Both the position numbers and the translations under genes were made by a program. Shown piece after piece: positions 24,669 through 38,430 of a stretch of 64,000 nucleotides of DNA. Origin of the DNA: Azolla caroliniana (lineage: Eukaryota > Plantae > Polypodiophyta); NCBI GenBank assembly GCA_043228905.1, contig JBHGNT010000003.1, forward strand, positions 11,470,001-11,534,000, given 5' to 3'. Numbering within the stretch: position 1 is the first letter of the stretch; every line of letters begins with the position of its first letter. Below the pieces are notes generated by a model, which was not told the DNA's origin, made no database searches, and saw only the letters and a list, made by a program, of their open reading frames with translations.

Positions 24669-27600
24669 GATGTCTAGATCAACGCACGACCTGGTTACAG
24701 ATCGAACTCGACGCCTTGCCGAAAGGCAAAGGAGACGCGAGGCTTTCCAACAAGCGACGCAGGAAATTAGAGCGGATCGCTCGTTTTCCAACGTAATCCG
24801 GAGAGTAGCGGAGGACTCCCTCTGGTTACAGCAAACATCGCACCCGGACGACGGTAGCAGCCTAAGCAGCCTCCAGGAAACCGAATCCCTTCTCCACGCG
24901 TTGGCAAACGGAGAAGGTGAAGCAGAAGCCTTTTCAGCATATGAATCGAACTCCGAAGGGGAATATAGCGTGCACACGAGCTACCGTAGCAACAACGAAA
25001 CCCCGGGCGGACCGGAGGACGAAGGATGAGATACCTTACCGGAACCGGAAGTGCTAACGCTGGAACCCCCGGAACCAGCAGAGGAAGAGCGACCTCCGAC
25101 ACCGGAAGTCGAAGAGGAGAGGCCTCCGTCACCAAAAGAAGAGGAAAAACCACCGACGCTGTCGTGCCTTTCGGCTTCGGATCGTTGCGTGAGTCGGGTG
25201 GGAACCGCCGAGGTTTTGGACTAGGAGAAAGAAAAATACAAATAAGGCTAGTAAAGAATAGGTATAAAGAGTTATAAGATAAGAATCTCGTGAATCCCAC
25301 GAGTTTAGTATATTTAGTCAATATTTAGGTAGTAAGAAAGAATTATTTTAGCAAATTCGTGAATCCCACGAATATTTTAGATTGATTGATCATTATAGAA
25401 AAATAATCAACAAAAACTACAATGTGCTCCCCATCCTTATATAGTGATGGGAGAGACTAAGCATAGCTACATGCTTTTTCTAATATGTTCATGCACACTA
25501 AATGTGCATGTGATGCTTTTCTAATCCTTGCTTTTATTTGCTAAATATAGTGCTCATGCACGCTAGATGTGCATGAGTCACTTTTTAGTTGCTTGCGTTT
25601 TTTCTATAAAATATTCACGCACTCTAAAAATGCATGATTTACCTTTTAATAAAGGTAGGCGCAAATAAAGCACTTATAGTTATTAAATCTATTTGTAGAA
25701 CACTAAAGATAAGGTAGCATAATGGTAAAGTTGAGGTTTGGCTACGTGGAGGTACAAGGTTCAAATCTTGCCCTATGCACGTGATAAATATCTTGATATT
25801 CTTATTTTATTTATTTATATGTAATTAAATCGGTTATATTATTTTTACTTTTTCACGTAGTGTACGAAATACACTACGACAACGCCGGAAACAAATCGGG
25901 AAAGACCACCGACGCCGGAGAAAATTCCGGAACGAGCACCAACACTGCCGGCCCGCGTACCGATAGCGGACGACGACATGTCGTTCCAGTACTCCAAATA
26001 TAGAGATGATCCAGACGCGGAAGCTCATGTGCACGCCTTTGAACAGACATGGGAAGCCAACCATGTGTCCCAGCGATTGACCCCGGATGAAGAAGAACGC
26101 TCTAAGATAGCGGAATTTGGCGTCACATTAGAGGGACCGGCAGCAAGATGGCGCCTGACACAGGACCCGTCTACTATCAACACCTTTGCAGATTTAAAAG
26201 CTAAATTCTTGCATTTTTTCGAAAAGGAGGTGGACCAGACTGTAATGGTAGGCTTATTTTATACCATCTGACAGGAAGCAGGGGAGGGCATTCCCCAGTT
26301 TGTCATCCGGTTTCAACGGATGCATAGTCAGCTTGCCCGCGCACCCCCGGAGGAGGAATTACGGACTATATTCCTAAACGCGCTCCGGTAACCCCTACAC
26401 ACGGTTTTCATGGTAATTGACTTCCGCACAAGTACCATCGACCAGGTCATTGACCGGGTGAGAGAGATGGAAAAGACAAGCTCCTGGCTCACACTGGGAG
26501 CACTCCAACGGGCGTTACCGTCCGATGAAGACCTCCGGTTTTGGCAAGCAATACAGTGCACAACCTGCTTGAATTCCGAACACTCGGCTCTAGAATGCAC
26601 TATGAGGACGCAATGTGTAATCTGTCAATCCAAGGGCCATACGACGGATAGGTGCGAGTATAATCTATTGAACCGGCAAGCACCGCCCGTCCGACAAATT
26701 GAGCCACACAGTAGCCAGGATGAAGAAGAGGAACGCTGGCGGCGAATGGACCGCGACTGACCAGCACAGGATGTCCGGTACGGCGATCGACGGGAGAATG
26801 ATGTCTGGTACGGTGATCGGTGGGATAACTATGACCGGCATGATCGGTACGGGGATTACAATAGACGATACGAACATTACGACCGGGAGCACTCCCCCGG
26901 GTATTGTCAGCAACGGGAGGAATACGGCAAATATAACGGGCAACCCCGTCAAGAGTACCGCAATAAGAAGAGCTATAACAAAAAATGGCATTTAAAAAAA
27001 GGCGGCTACCCACGGGATCTGGAACAAGGAGCTCCAAGCAGCCAACCGGTCCAAAACCCCGCGCGTACCGCAGGACCGGCCCCGGGTACATCAGACAATG
27101 CCGAATCTAGCAATACCCGGAAATGGTAGTCCCTGAGGTGGCAGATCTGCAACAGGTGACCACAAGGTCGAAGGGCATGCCCAAGGAATGGGAGATGCAG
27201 GAGACCATCTGGAAACAAGCAACGAAATGGGTAAAGAAAGCAAACGAGCAGAATGTCACAGACTTACAGCGGCAAAAGGAGAACACCGTAGGGCTTGCTG
27301 ACGGTAGTCACTCCGAGAACGAGACATGGCAGGCGTTGCAAGAATGCCAGATTATGTTGCCACTAGGAAGACTCCTACAACTCGTGCCAAGATTCAGGGA
27401 AGGACTGAAGACGGCCATGACAGCAGGAGAACCATCACCGGCACCGGTACTCTTCTCGAATCCGGAGGAGGGACCAACGGTGGTGGACACCAGCAGTCCG
27501 GTAATCACTGCCATTGTAAAAGGGAAAGAACTCCCCGGCACAGTTATAGACGGAGGCCCTGGGGTGAATGTAATAAGCCTCCGGACGTGTGATGCCCTAG

Positions 27601-28888
27601 GAATCCACGAGTAGGATCCGTGTCCGTTCTGGTTGCGGATGGCCGATACAAGCTCAGTGCGGCCGATAGGATTAATACGGAAATTAGAAGTCACCGTCGG
27701 CGGTCATACATTTCACATCTCGGCAGTAGTGCTACAATTACAGGCACAAGGCGCATACCCGCTATTGCTGGGGTGGCCATGGTTGAAAACGACACATATC
27801 AAACAGAATTGGAGGAAAAATATAATTACCTTCCGGCGAGGAAAAGCCAAGGTACGGGTACCAACACAACCAAGGACAAGCACTGGCAAGGAATGTACAC
27901 CGTTGTATGCGGAATGCGTCAACATGCTAGAAGGGTTAGCTGACGAAGAAGTAGCTCAATACTTGCAGGAAAACCCAAAGATCATACCCCTCTTCGAAAT
28001 TGACATTACCGAAGCAGTAGCACCATACTTACCGCAACCGGAAGAGGCTGAAGCAGAACCGGATAAAGACGCAATCCGGGAGTTACGGCAAGCGCAGGAA
28101 GCGTTGGAACGGGAAATGGCCGTTTCACAGCGCGTAAAAGCATCGCAATTGGAAGAGGTGAACCTAGGGACCACGGACGAAGCAAAACCGGTGCACATCG
28201 CCAAGGAGATGAAGTCCGAAGACAAAACGGCGATGATCACACTTCTCATGGAGTTTCGCGATGTGTTCGCCTGGTCATACGAAGACATGCGAGGACTCGA
28301 CCCTCAGTTATACCAACATCAGGTTCACTTGAGCAAGGACGCAAAACTAGTGGCACAAAGACGGTACCGGATGAATCCCAATTATGCCGCCAAAGTCAAG
28401 GAGGAAATCGACAAACTCCTAAGAGTTGGCTTTATCCGTCCGGTAAAGAAAGCGACATGGCTGAGCCCGATCGTAGTCGTACCGAAGAAGAACGGAAAAA
28501 TTCGAGTTTGTGTGGACTATCAGAAACTCAATGCAGCTACGGTAACGGATGCGTTTCCACTTCCATTCACAGATGGAGTATTGGATGCCGTCGCCGGCCA
28601 TGAGGTCTATAGCTTCCTAGACGGATTCAGCGGGTATAATCAGATCCGGATGCACCCTGACGACCAAGAGAAAACGGCTTTCGTCACCGCTCCAGAATAT
28701 CCTCCGGAAGATCGTCAACGAAAACCGAACGGATTGGGATACCAAGCTACATAGTGCGCTTTGGGCATACCGGACGGCATACAAGACGAGCATCCGGACA
28801 ACACCGTTCCGGTTAGCGTTCGGACTAGAGGCGGTAATGCCGGTGGAATTCCAAGTACCCAGCTTACGGATCCAGCTACGGGAACGGG
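24669..28888 (+). pseudogene. Gypsy gag-protease-RT with an internal deletion fusing RT to an integrase fragment
   Basis: Two zinc knuckles (~26557-26655), VIDGG protease, [12 protein letters not shown]. Jump at ~28690 to [17 protein letters not shown]...LWAYRTAYK integrase. Confidence 0.85.
25160..25881 (-). mobile_element. Solo LTR (same family as 62367-63089)
   Basis: TGTCG...CGACA ends, 4-bp TSD ACGC, near-identical reverse complement of 62367-63089. Confidence 0.95.
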
Positions 28889-31300
28889 AATGTTTTGTGT
28901 GGTCTGTTTTTGCCCTAAATGTCCGAGAAATGTTGGCCAAGATGTACAAAAACGATGTCAATGCATGAGAGGAAGTTGCAAAACAAGTTGCAAAAGGATG
29001 GCGTTACATGAGTGTGCGAGAATGGAAATGACAATGTGCAAATGTGCGGTTAGCAGCAACGTCTGCATGTTCCAAGGAGATTGCGGAGGAAGACGCAATG
29101 TGTGGAGCGTGGGCCAGCAAGATGTGCGGGACCGGAATAGGACGTGTTCATAGTTTCCAGTTTCCAGAGAAGCAACGCGGAAAAAGTTGGAACCAGAACA
29201 AGAGTTGGTTGGCACCGAAGCGGCCGTAGTGGCCAGGCGGCCGTCAGAGTAAACAGAGCCGAAACAGTAACAGTGACGCCGAAAGGCGACGGACGGAGAG
29301 ACAACCGTCAGATATCAACGGCTGACAACCGGATGACGACTGAACAGACTAGCCACGCGACTGCAAACCGGCCGGACAGGGCCGACGAAGATGAGAGAGG
29401 CTTCAGGAACGGTCATCACCAACCGATAGTAGCCGGAGCGGCCGGAGGGCCGGACAAGGTCAGGGAAGCAGACAGGCCGCCAGGATGACGGACGGTGTCG
29501 GACGACGACGAAACCGACAAAGACGGTGATGGAGTCCGCAACGGAGGCAACCGGAGCAACCGAGAGCCGAGGAGCGGCCAAAGCGACCGGAATAGCCGAC
29601 CAGTGGCCGGAGTGGCCAGATAGGCCCGGACAGAGACGGAACCGGCCAGAGCGATGGCGGTGGCTGAACAATCGACGACCGGATCGGAGATGACGCTGTA
29701 ACAAAGGGACAAACAGACACACACAACAACAAACGAGGCATAGATGGACAGAGACGACAACCGGTCGGAAGGAGATACACCAATATGTAGATGGAGACAA
29801 CCGCGGATGCAGGACCAGAAGGACAAGCAATCAAAGAGCGGTCGGAACAACGATGATGACGGCAAAACAAGGGGCAGCCACCGGAAAGGAGCCGGTTGCG
29901 GTCGAGGCGGCTGAAATGCACAGAAATGGTCGGAATGCAGCCGAAATGGCCGGAGTGGCTGAAATGCGCCCAGAAAGGCTGGACAACTGACGCCAAAACA
30001 ACGGGCCGGATAGTATCGGCGACAGATAGAGGAGTGGCGACAATCAACGGTCACGAGTGGCCGGTAGACGACAGAGACAAAGAAATGGAGATAGTGACGG
30101 AGAGACCATCGAATGAGAGAAGGAACTAGAACACACAGAGAAGAAAGTAGAGAGTATAGAAGAGAAGGTAGAGAAGGCTTAAGATAGAGGATGGAGAAAA
30201 ATGAGCAAGGAAGAGGAAGACAAATACAGAAGAACAACAGAAGAAGAGCGGAGAGACAGGAAGGCAAGTAGAGAAGCGGGAAAAGAAAACAGAAAGAAAG
30301 AGGAAGAAGAGGCAAGAAAAAGAAAAAGACAAAAACAGAAAAAAAGAGGGAAAAAGAGAACGATAAGGGGCATTCGAGGAGTTTTGAAAACTTGAGGGCA
30401 TTCGAAGAATTTTGAAAAACATAATGGCATTGAAAAAAAAAAAAAATTTAAAATTTAAGTTTAAAAATTAAAGGGCACATACAAAAATTTGAAAACTCAT
30501 CCACCTAAAGAAATGGACATGATCGACCACACACAACTCAAAACAAAGGAAGAACACACATACATACAACATATTTTTGACGACCCAAATGATTTTACAA
30601 AGTTCGTAAGTCGACAGAACGAGAATGTTCGTGTCGCAGAAGATTTGCTAATCGACAAATGTGTTCGAGTCAAGCATTCCGATCGAGGGAGTTGATCGTT
30701 GAAAGAACCGATGGAAGTTCCGGTCAAAGAAATATCATCATCAAGGCATGTGGGATCGGTGTGCAAGGCACTTTCCCACGGGCGTGCCATATTGTGTTAC
30801 CTCGTACGAGATGTACGGAGAGTCAAGTGTGATGAGCGAGGGTCGAATGTTATCATGATGTTGTGTGTGTGTAGGGGGCATAAATGTAATTGTGAGTCGA
30901 TACGTATGTGAACACATGCACACGTGTGTGCATGTGGATGGATACGAGGAGGTGTGAGTGAGTGTCTAGTATGAATGCTCTAGGGGGCTTACATCCCTTT
31001 GTATCTACCCCCTCTTGTACTATTTAACCCCTTCTGGGGAATGAATGACCATTTTCTCTCTCAATCTCTCTCTCTCTTTTCATCTCTCTCTCTCTCTCTT
31101 CCCTCCCCTTAACGTTGAACCCCCTTGGGAGGGGGGTGGAGCCATTCTAGGCACCACCCCCCACCCTGCAATGCTTCTCAATGCACATGATCTCTCTCGC
31201 CATCAATCCCATACTCTCCATCATCATCATAACCACCATGTCTATCTTTATCATGATTATCATCGTCCTTAACCCTAGCCCTAAAACATACAACAATTCC

Positions 31301-31950
31301 CCATCTGGACACAACCGTGATCTCCGGCTATGTAGGATGACAACCATTTCCAGTATGGTGTCAGATGGAACGATGGTTTGGAATCGACAACCCACGTTGT
31401 CTTGTCACCGACAAGGTTTAACTCATTCTCCTCGGTAATGAGCATCAATTCTTCTTCACTTGTCACGATTGCTGACGTTCCCTTCCGATCCGACCCTTTC
31501 CAGTCTGAACCGTTTTCCGAATCGGCATTGTTGATTCCTTTCTCTTTCCGGAAATGCCGACAGTTCTTATGGAAGTGCTCGGCTTCCCACAATACAAGCA
31601 AGTAGGCCTCCCCCTTGACTTCAACCTCGTCCCCGATTTGTCCTGGTTTTGGGGACTCCGATACCAGCCTCTATCCTGGTTGTGGTCATTTTCCGTAACC
31701 AAGGCCTTCGGATCGGTTCCAGACTCGCGGTCCTTTCAGCGAGCTTCTTCATCTAGCAAGCTTGATTTTACCCTTGCTAGGGACATTTGCTTTCCTTCCG
31801 GCCCGGCATTGCCCAAAGTGACAACTAGCGTCTCCCAACTATCCGAGAGGGAACCGAACAGGAGCAATGCGAGTACCTCATCCACGAGAGGTACTTCCAA
31901 CGAGGTGGGTTGGTGTATTAGCCCCTGGAAGGCATTCATGTGCTCCGCCA
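31301..31950 (-). pseudogene. Copia gag/zinc knuckle/protease remnant of the outer element
   Basis: MAEHMNAFQGL, LSDSWETLVVTL, CLYCGKP, WVVDS. Confidence 0.85.
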
Positions 31951-33048
31951 TGTGAAGAATAGCGTGGAATATTGCTTCGCCATAACCGAGTCTTGAATCA
32001 CAGAAATGGGAATGAAACACAAAAACCGGAAGTAGAGAGTACACAGAATATTTACGGGGAAAACCCTAATAGGGAAAAATCATGAGAACCCATGGACTCC
32101 AACTATCACTATCTGAGAGGAAATACAAAGTGGAGACACAGAGGCAACGACCTCGTGCTTGCGATCTTCGCCAGATGGCAGGTACAACAGAAAGTGCTCA
32201 TGGCTACTATCTTGCTCTCTCTCTCTCTCGATACAATAGTTATCTCTACAACAATATGACAACCCTCTCTACACATACAAAGTGATTGCCCTAAGTCATA
32301 TTTATACTTATATGAACTTAGGGATATTTACAAATATAGCCTCAATAGGCTCATGAAAAAAAGACATACTTACAAATATGTCCTCTCTTCTGGTTCTCAT
32401 CGGGTCTCCTCCAATTTCCAGATCTCTTCCATTTCTCACTGGGTCCTCTTCATCCATAACCGGAGGGACCGATATCTCAACAATCTCCCCCTTCAGTCCG
32501 GCATCCATGGGATGTCTCGTCAGCTCGATCCGCTTTCAGCATGCGTCCAACTTGTCGGTTATCAACACTTTGGTCAGCATATCCGATCCATTCTCCTCCA
32601 TCTGGATCTTCATCACCACGAACTCTTGATCTTCTACTCTCTCCCGGATCCAGTGGTACCTCCGCTGGATATGTTTCGTCCGGGAATGCTAGGCCGCATT
32701 ATTTGCAAGGTGGATGGCACTTTGACTGTCGCAATAGAGTCAGTATTCCTCTTGTTGGATCCCTACCTCTCTAACGAAGTCCTACATCCAGATTATCTCC
32801 TTGCAAGCTTCTTCAACTACCATGTACTCCGCCTCCGTGGTTGACAACGCAACCGTCTTCTGTAGCCTCGATTGCCATGATACAACTCCCCCTGCATAAG
32901 TCATGACATATCCGGATGTAGACCGGCTGGTATCCGCATCGGCCGACATATCCGAATCCGTGACTCCGTCAAGTTGGGGATTACCAAAGCCGAACCGGAG
33001 GCACATAATCGAGATGCCTTTCAAATACCGGAGTATCCACTTGACCGT
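31951..33048 (-). mobile_element. 3' end of a second related copia (LTR ~31951-32482, PPT, RNase H)
   Basis: LTR resembles 20734-21295, PPT atctcccccttc, VALSTTEAEY. Confidence 0.8.
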
Positions 33049-35001
33049 TGTCGTATTGCTATGAGTGCGCGTAGGAAACTAAGGTAGGACCGCGGGGGCC
33101 CTGAATTGAGGAGTGCGCGAAAGTAGAGAAGGAAGAGAACGGAAGCGATGGATAGGCAAGTACTAGTTTCCGGCAAGCACCGTGCTCACTAGGTCAGATG
33201 AGAACACAACTACGCGCGAGTTAGACAGAGAAGCGCACCCGATCGGTTACTGAGATAACTATAGATTAGAGAATGTCACAATAAAACAAGGAGACCACTT
33301 CCCAAGAGGAATCGATTATGACTAACAAGTAATTACAACCTTTTTGATATTACAACCGACACGCTGGTGACCAACCAAACACATGCATGCACGCACACAG
33401 AGCCGAATTACACAGTGGAGCCACTGTCGGAAGCACCCGGGCTTTCCTCGCGAGCAGAGGCAACCGACCAAAATCCTACAGAGATCGCACAGAAACAGTG
33501 CTCGGTCCCCAGTCCAATAACACCTACCCCTTTCTCCCAAAACGCGATACCCGCCAGTCTTTGTCTCGCACCTCTTATAGGTTGGCGAGGGAGGACTGTC
33601 ACATCTCCCATCACATCATCCTTATTCTCTGTCCCTTCGGGCAGAGATACTCTTCGATTTCCAAAATATGTTTTATCTAATCTATTTACATCGTGTTGAC
33701 CTATTCTTAGTTATGTACAAGTTATTTTAATTCCGTTGTCGTGGCGTGGCTCGCCTAGAAGCGTACTGTTGCGTAGACAAAAGATATCGTGAAAGTGAGG
33801 AAGGAATCATTGGGATTATGGACGGAAGAGATGAAAGAGTAGAGATAGAGTAAATAGAGATCAACAAGATATGACAAGATGGGATATAGAATGATATTTG
33901 AAGGAATGAAAGAAACTTACAATTATTTGATGAATGAGTTACAAAATGTATCAGAGCATCGTTGATCCTTCGAGCTTTGTCTCACAAGGTAATCACTCTT
34001 CTCTTTCTTGATGGTAGACCATAGTCTTCCCTTCAATCTCTCGACAAGTATAAGACTCGAACTGAGCTTTGTCTCACAAGGTAATCGCTCTTCTCTTTCT
34101 TGATGGTAGACCATAGTCTTCCCTTCAATCTCTCGACAAGTATAAGACTCGAACCGCCACCCTTCCGTTGCGAGTTGAGGACCACCACCACCAAGCTAGT
34201 TTTCTTTTCTCTCTTAAGAATACCTTTCTCTCTCTCTTTCTCTATTACAATATATCTTTCTCTAGATCTAATATAATCATTTCCATCTTATTTCTTCCTT
34301 CCCTTTGTTTATACTTCCTTCTCCTTTTATAGGGAAGAGATGGTTCTACATGTGGGCCATGTGGCGCACATGCAAAGAGGCTCTTACATGTGTGCTATAT
34401 GGTGCACATGTAGCACGTTTGATGTTTTAAACCATATAATACTACTTAAAATGAAAACAAGACACATATTTATATGCATTATAAGTATAGGCTAAATGGT
34501 AAGGTTTGAACGCCGTAAGGTTGAGGTTGTTGGTTAAAGTCCTCTTTTGCCCATGTAATTTTGTGCATGTATTATATAACATGGTTTAGACTATAAAATA
34601 CTACTTCAAATCATATATTATTTTGTAAATTATTAGTATAGGCTAAATGGTAACCTTTGAGTGTCATAAGGTAGGGTTTACTAGTTCAAGTCCTCTCTAG
34701 TCCATGTAGTAATATAATAGATATATATTTTTTTGTCTCTACATATAATGTATAATATTATCATAGTATGTTATTAACATTATAAAGGTTTATTTTATTT
34801 TCATTACGTATTTATCTTATTGTAGACTTTTAATGTGAAGCTTTCGTACTTCACGACACCGTGTGCCTATGTGTACGCGCCGGTTCATGCGCTCTGATCC
34901 ATGATTCCCTTTATGGCCGGTTTTCTTTATGACATCCACCCCCACCAAACTACGCATCCACCGGCATGCGCCAGTTGGAGCCGGTGAGCTTGAACATGCT
35001 G
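33049..35001 (-). mobile_element. 3' LTR (33049-34934) plus purine tract of a truncated TGTCG-type element, with a nested solo LTR
   Basis: Starts tgtcgta after ccgt, ends tatgaca, followed by a tract resembling 10577-10600. Confidence 0.7.
33737..34858 (-). mobile_element. Solo LTR, TGTCGTG...CACGACA
   Basis: 4-bp TSD CCGT on both sides, minus-strand TATA ~34325, 92-bp tandem duplication 33972-34154. Confidence 0.9.
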
Positions 35002-35271
35002 CCAAACGACTCTTCCATTACCTATGTTGTTCGCTCTGATACCAGTTTGTGTGGAAATAAAGCTCGACCACAACCGAGTCGTCAACAAGGAATAGAAGAG
35101 ACCAAGCTGAAAACGAGATGACACATGATGTTTACGTGGAAAACCCTAAAACGGGAAGAAAACCACGGGAACCCATGGACTCCAACTATCACTATGAGAG
35201 GAGGAATACAATGTGAGACTCACAACTCTATGTCTTCCCCAAACTGGCGGCTACAACAGAAACTAGTTCTG

Positions 35272-35308
<37 letters not shown>

Positions 35309-35557
35309 CAACTCTATCAACATAAGTCATATTTATACTTATATGACTTTTGGGCTATTTACAAATATAGCCTCAGTGGGCTTATCCTAACATATTTACA
35401 AATATGTCCTTGGATCCGGTTTGCACCGGATCCATTCGGATTCACTGGTTTCAGTTTCTAGATCTTATCCGAAACCTTTCCGAATCCGGCTTCTTCATCC
35501 GGCTCGTCCAATTCTCATCTGGATCCCATATGGAGGGACCGAATTCCCAACAAATAG

Positions 35558-35740
35558 TACGTTGAAACAATTTCCTAGTTGATTAAGAATTAAAGACAGA
35601 AATTTAGTAATATATCAAATGATTAATTAATATCAGCCATTACCGCGGATTCCGTCACAAAGTAGGATTGCCATTACATGGTTAATGAACCTACAACAAT
35701 GTTAAGATCTGTCGCAAGTCAAGAAAAGTTTCAATCAATC
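35558..35740 (+). pseudogene. rps13: Mitochondrial rps13 NUMT, 3' half
   Basis: LINISHYRGFRHKVGLPLHG**TYNN..CRK (uS13 GLP.RGQRT motif). Confidence 0.8.
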
Positions 35741-35893
35741 AATGAAAGAAGAATAGTTCGTTTTTCATTCACAGAAATGAGAGAAGGTCATACGCTGGGA
35801 AGAAAAGGAAACCGAAGGAATAGAAATGAAGAATACAATTATGTAAAAGCAGCCTTCTGAACACTAGTAATTGTGGCCGTGCCACTAACATAA

Positions 35894-36251
35894 ATGGGGA
35901 AAGCACCACGATATTGCCCATACTTAACCATATTTTAGTAATACTTTCATTATCATAATAAATTGCAAGGGAGATAAAAGAACAGGGTCCTCCTCAGGTT
36001 GTTCAAGAGGGTTTAAGGGTTTCAATCGCGCGGACAATTATGTAGGTTAAGCAATTGCGGAACGTGTCGCGGAAGCGGCCACTTTACCCAAATTTAGGTT
36101 TGTTGAAGTGAAAATAAAAGGAATTGTTCTTGTAAGAAAGGGATTTTCGCCAAAAATTTCAAAAGAGGGAGGTCCTGTTACTATCAGAATTCACGACGTA
36201 ATCCCAATGCTACCTAATGGATGCTGACCCCCTAAAAAAAGTCGTGTCTAA
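35894..36251 (+). pseudogene. rps11: Mitochondrial rps11 NUMT
   Basis: SNTFII..KGD...SSG..GFKG...VEVKIKG...IHDVIPMLPNGC*PPKKSRV*. Confidence 0.85.
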
Positions 36252-36896
36252 ATACCACCATAGACCTATTTGTCTCAACTCACCAATGTCAGAAGGTTTA
36301 GATTGGTCCTACAGCCCAGCAGGTCATGGAAGGCTTTGCCTAAGCAAGGCAAGGAATAAAGCTGAATAGAGCAGCGAAGCGGGGAGATGGAAAGGAAAAA
36401 GTCGACTCAAATTAGAATAATTGCAGTTTTGTTAATACCTTACTTGTCTATTCGTTCATCCAATTTCTCCATTCGACAAATATCCTCTCTTTTTTGCCAA
36501 TCGATCCAAAGAGTCGGCTCCGCGAAAGGTAGTTGCACTGCGGGGCTCACTTTGGAATTTGATCCTATGATTTAGAGCTATGTCGATGCCCTCTCTCCAT
36601 GTAGTCCCTCACCTTTTAGCTGTATATATCTATTTATCTCCGTCTCTGTCTAGCTATGGATACACGACTTTAGCGCTTCATTCACCTAGTCTATTATGTC
36701 AAAACTTACTTTCTTTATAATGCAACCAACACTGGGGGAAGGTCTGATCCCTTCCCTCCATATCAATGGCATGGTTCACCTCGTTCTGAGGTTACTTCCC
36801 TTTCCCATCTCTTTCTTGCTACGAACTACCATGAATGCAAGAGACTGCCCATTGTATAAAGTGCCAAGGAAAGGGATTCGACGGAAGAGAAAGGGA

Positions 36897-37245
36897 ACGA
36901 GATTGTTTAAAGCTAGGGCAACGGAATAACTATCTACTATCTCGGAAGAAAGAATTACCAACTATCACACCAAATTGCCAGTGGATGTGATTGGTTGAGT
37001 GGTATCGGTTGGGGATGGAATTGCACGTGTTTATGGATCGAAGAAGATTCAAGCAAGAGAAATAGTAGAATTCGCCAGTGGTGTGAAAGAAATGGCTTCG
37101 AATTCTGAGAATGAGAATGTAAGAATTGTTATATCCGGTCATGATATCACCATTAAAGAAGGAGTTATGGTCAAGCACACTCAATCTATTGTGGGCATTC
37201 TTGTAGGAAAAGCCATGCCGGGTTGTGTAGTTGATGAAAAAGGTG
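36897..37245 (+). pseudogene. atp1: Mitochondrial atp1 NUMT exon 1
   Basis: VVSVGDGIARVYG...VEFASGVK...ENENV, with an in-frame ACG at 36897 as possible edited start. Confidence 0.9.
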
Positions 37246-38430
37246 GGGCGGCCGTTAGATCATCTACAGTTGAAAAAGGTTGCATACAGGCATGAGACTA
37301 ACCAGAACCCGCGAAGGGAGGCCGAGTGTTAGGAATATGTCCCTCCAGTGGGAGGAGCAAACTGCTCAGGCTAAGTACTGATAGTTGAAGAGTCGACTGC
37401 GAGAAAGTTGACTGGGTGAGTCAACTAGGTGAGTCGATAGAAAGGAGATCCAGGTTGAAGACGCAACGGACCGGCTGGACAATCAACACTCGGATCGACA
37501 AAATACCACTTATTATTATAGATAATAATAGTAGTGTTGTGTAGTAGTGGCCACATTAGTAAATAGCGCATACAAGGTATAAGTATAAATACACCTAGGC
37601 CAAGTAGCGTTATTGTGAGTGAGACAGAACAATGGGTTATCCTCTATTGTAGAGAACGATAGAGAAGAGTGAGAACATTAAGAAAGACTATGAGCGAGGG
37701 GTGCCATAACCGTGTTCTATAAGAGCTTACGCCAAGAGCCCTGTGCGGCTGATACACTCGGAGTAGAGAGTGATGTACTCTAATCTAGTCATTGTATATC
37801 CACTATATATATAGTGGAACTTCGTTCTCCGTGGTTTTCTCCCGCTTTTAGGGTTTCCACCTAAAATCTATGCACATTTTCTTCTATGTTTCGAATTGTG
37901 TATTCCATCGCATTCCTTTCTTGTGGATTGTCAATTCGTTTCTGATCAACAAAGTGGTAACAAAGCTTGAGGTGCAAGCATGGAAGGAGGTGTGAGCGGC
38001 TTACCAAGAATGATAGTTCTAAACTCTCAGAACTATGCAGATTGGAAGATAAAGATGGAGGACCTTCTCATAGTCAAAGACTTATACGAGCAGATCGATA
38101 GAGAAAAAATACCCACAGGAGTATTAGAGTCAGAATGGAAACTTCTCAACAGAAAGGCGGTGGCCACCATTCGACAGTGCATCGATGTAAGTGTCCTTCA
38201 GCATGTGGCAAATGACACGAATGCCCACGAGATGTAGGAGAGGGTGGACTTCCAGATATCACAAAGTGGGTCTCCAAGGAGGAAAGGAGGAGGGAACTAG
38301 TGAGGAAGTTTCCACCCCCCTTTTGGCCTCTAGGGTTAAACAAGATCTAGATAAAGACAAGTTCGAGAACCCTGTAATGGGCGACTATTCCGCATACGAT
38401 CACTTGTCCTCGGTAGAAGTTTGACTCTAT
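37246..38430 (+). other. Group II intron remnant in atp1 (position consistent with fern atp1i361g2), disrupted by a copia fragment
   Basis: Starts GGGCG, degenerate domain V ~38366-38402, ends ...ctctAT. Removal restores KG-A...RRVEVK. Confidence 0.75.
37327..38237 (+). mobile_element. Copia 5' LTR (37327-37951), degenerate Met PBS and truncated gag (37980-38237)
   Basis: TGTT...AACA ends, tggtaacaaagc PBS, LNSQNYADWKIKMEDLL. Confidence 0.85.

Larger units (their letters stand above)
24182..31295 (+). mobile_element. Composite Ty3/gypsy insertion (non-chromovirus, Athila/Tat-like RT) with non-matching ends
   Basis: Perfect TSD ATTCC (24177-24181, 31296-31300) in the copia protease region. 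5' LTR runs from 24182 to ~24550-24616. Confidence 0.75.
20734..35552 (-). mobile_element. Degenerate Ty1/copia element with multiple nested insertions
   Basis: LTRs 20734-21295 and 35048-35552, TSD AATAG on both sides, Met PBS 35033-35044, PPT 21296-21305. Confidence 0.9.

Noticed and set aside
29315-30430. Several overlapping 100-300 aa ORFs
   Set aside because: Low-complexity, strand-biased retroelement sequence with no recognisable motifs. An antisense accessory ORF cannot be excluded.
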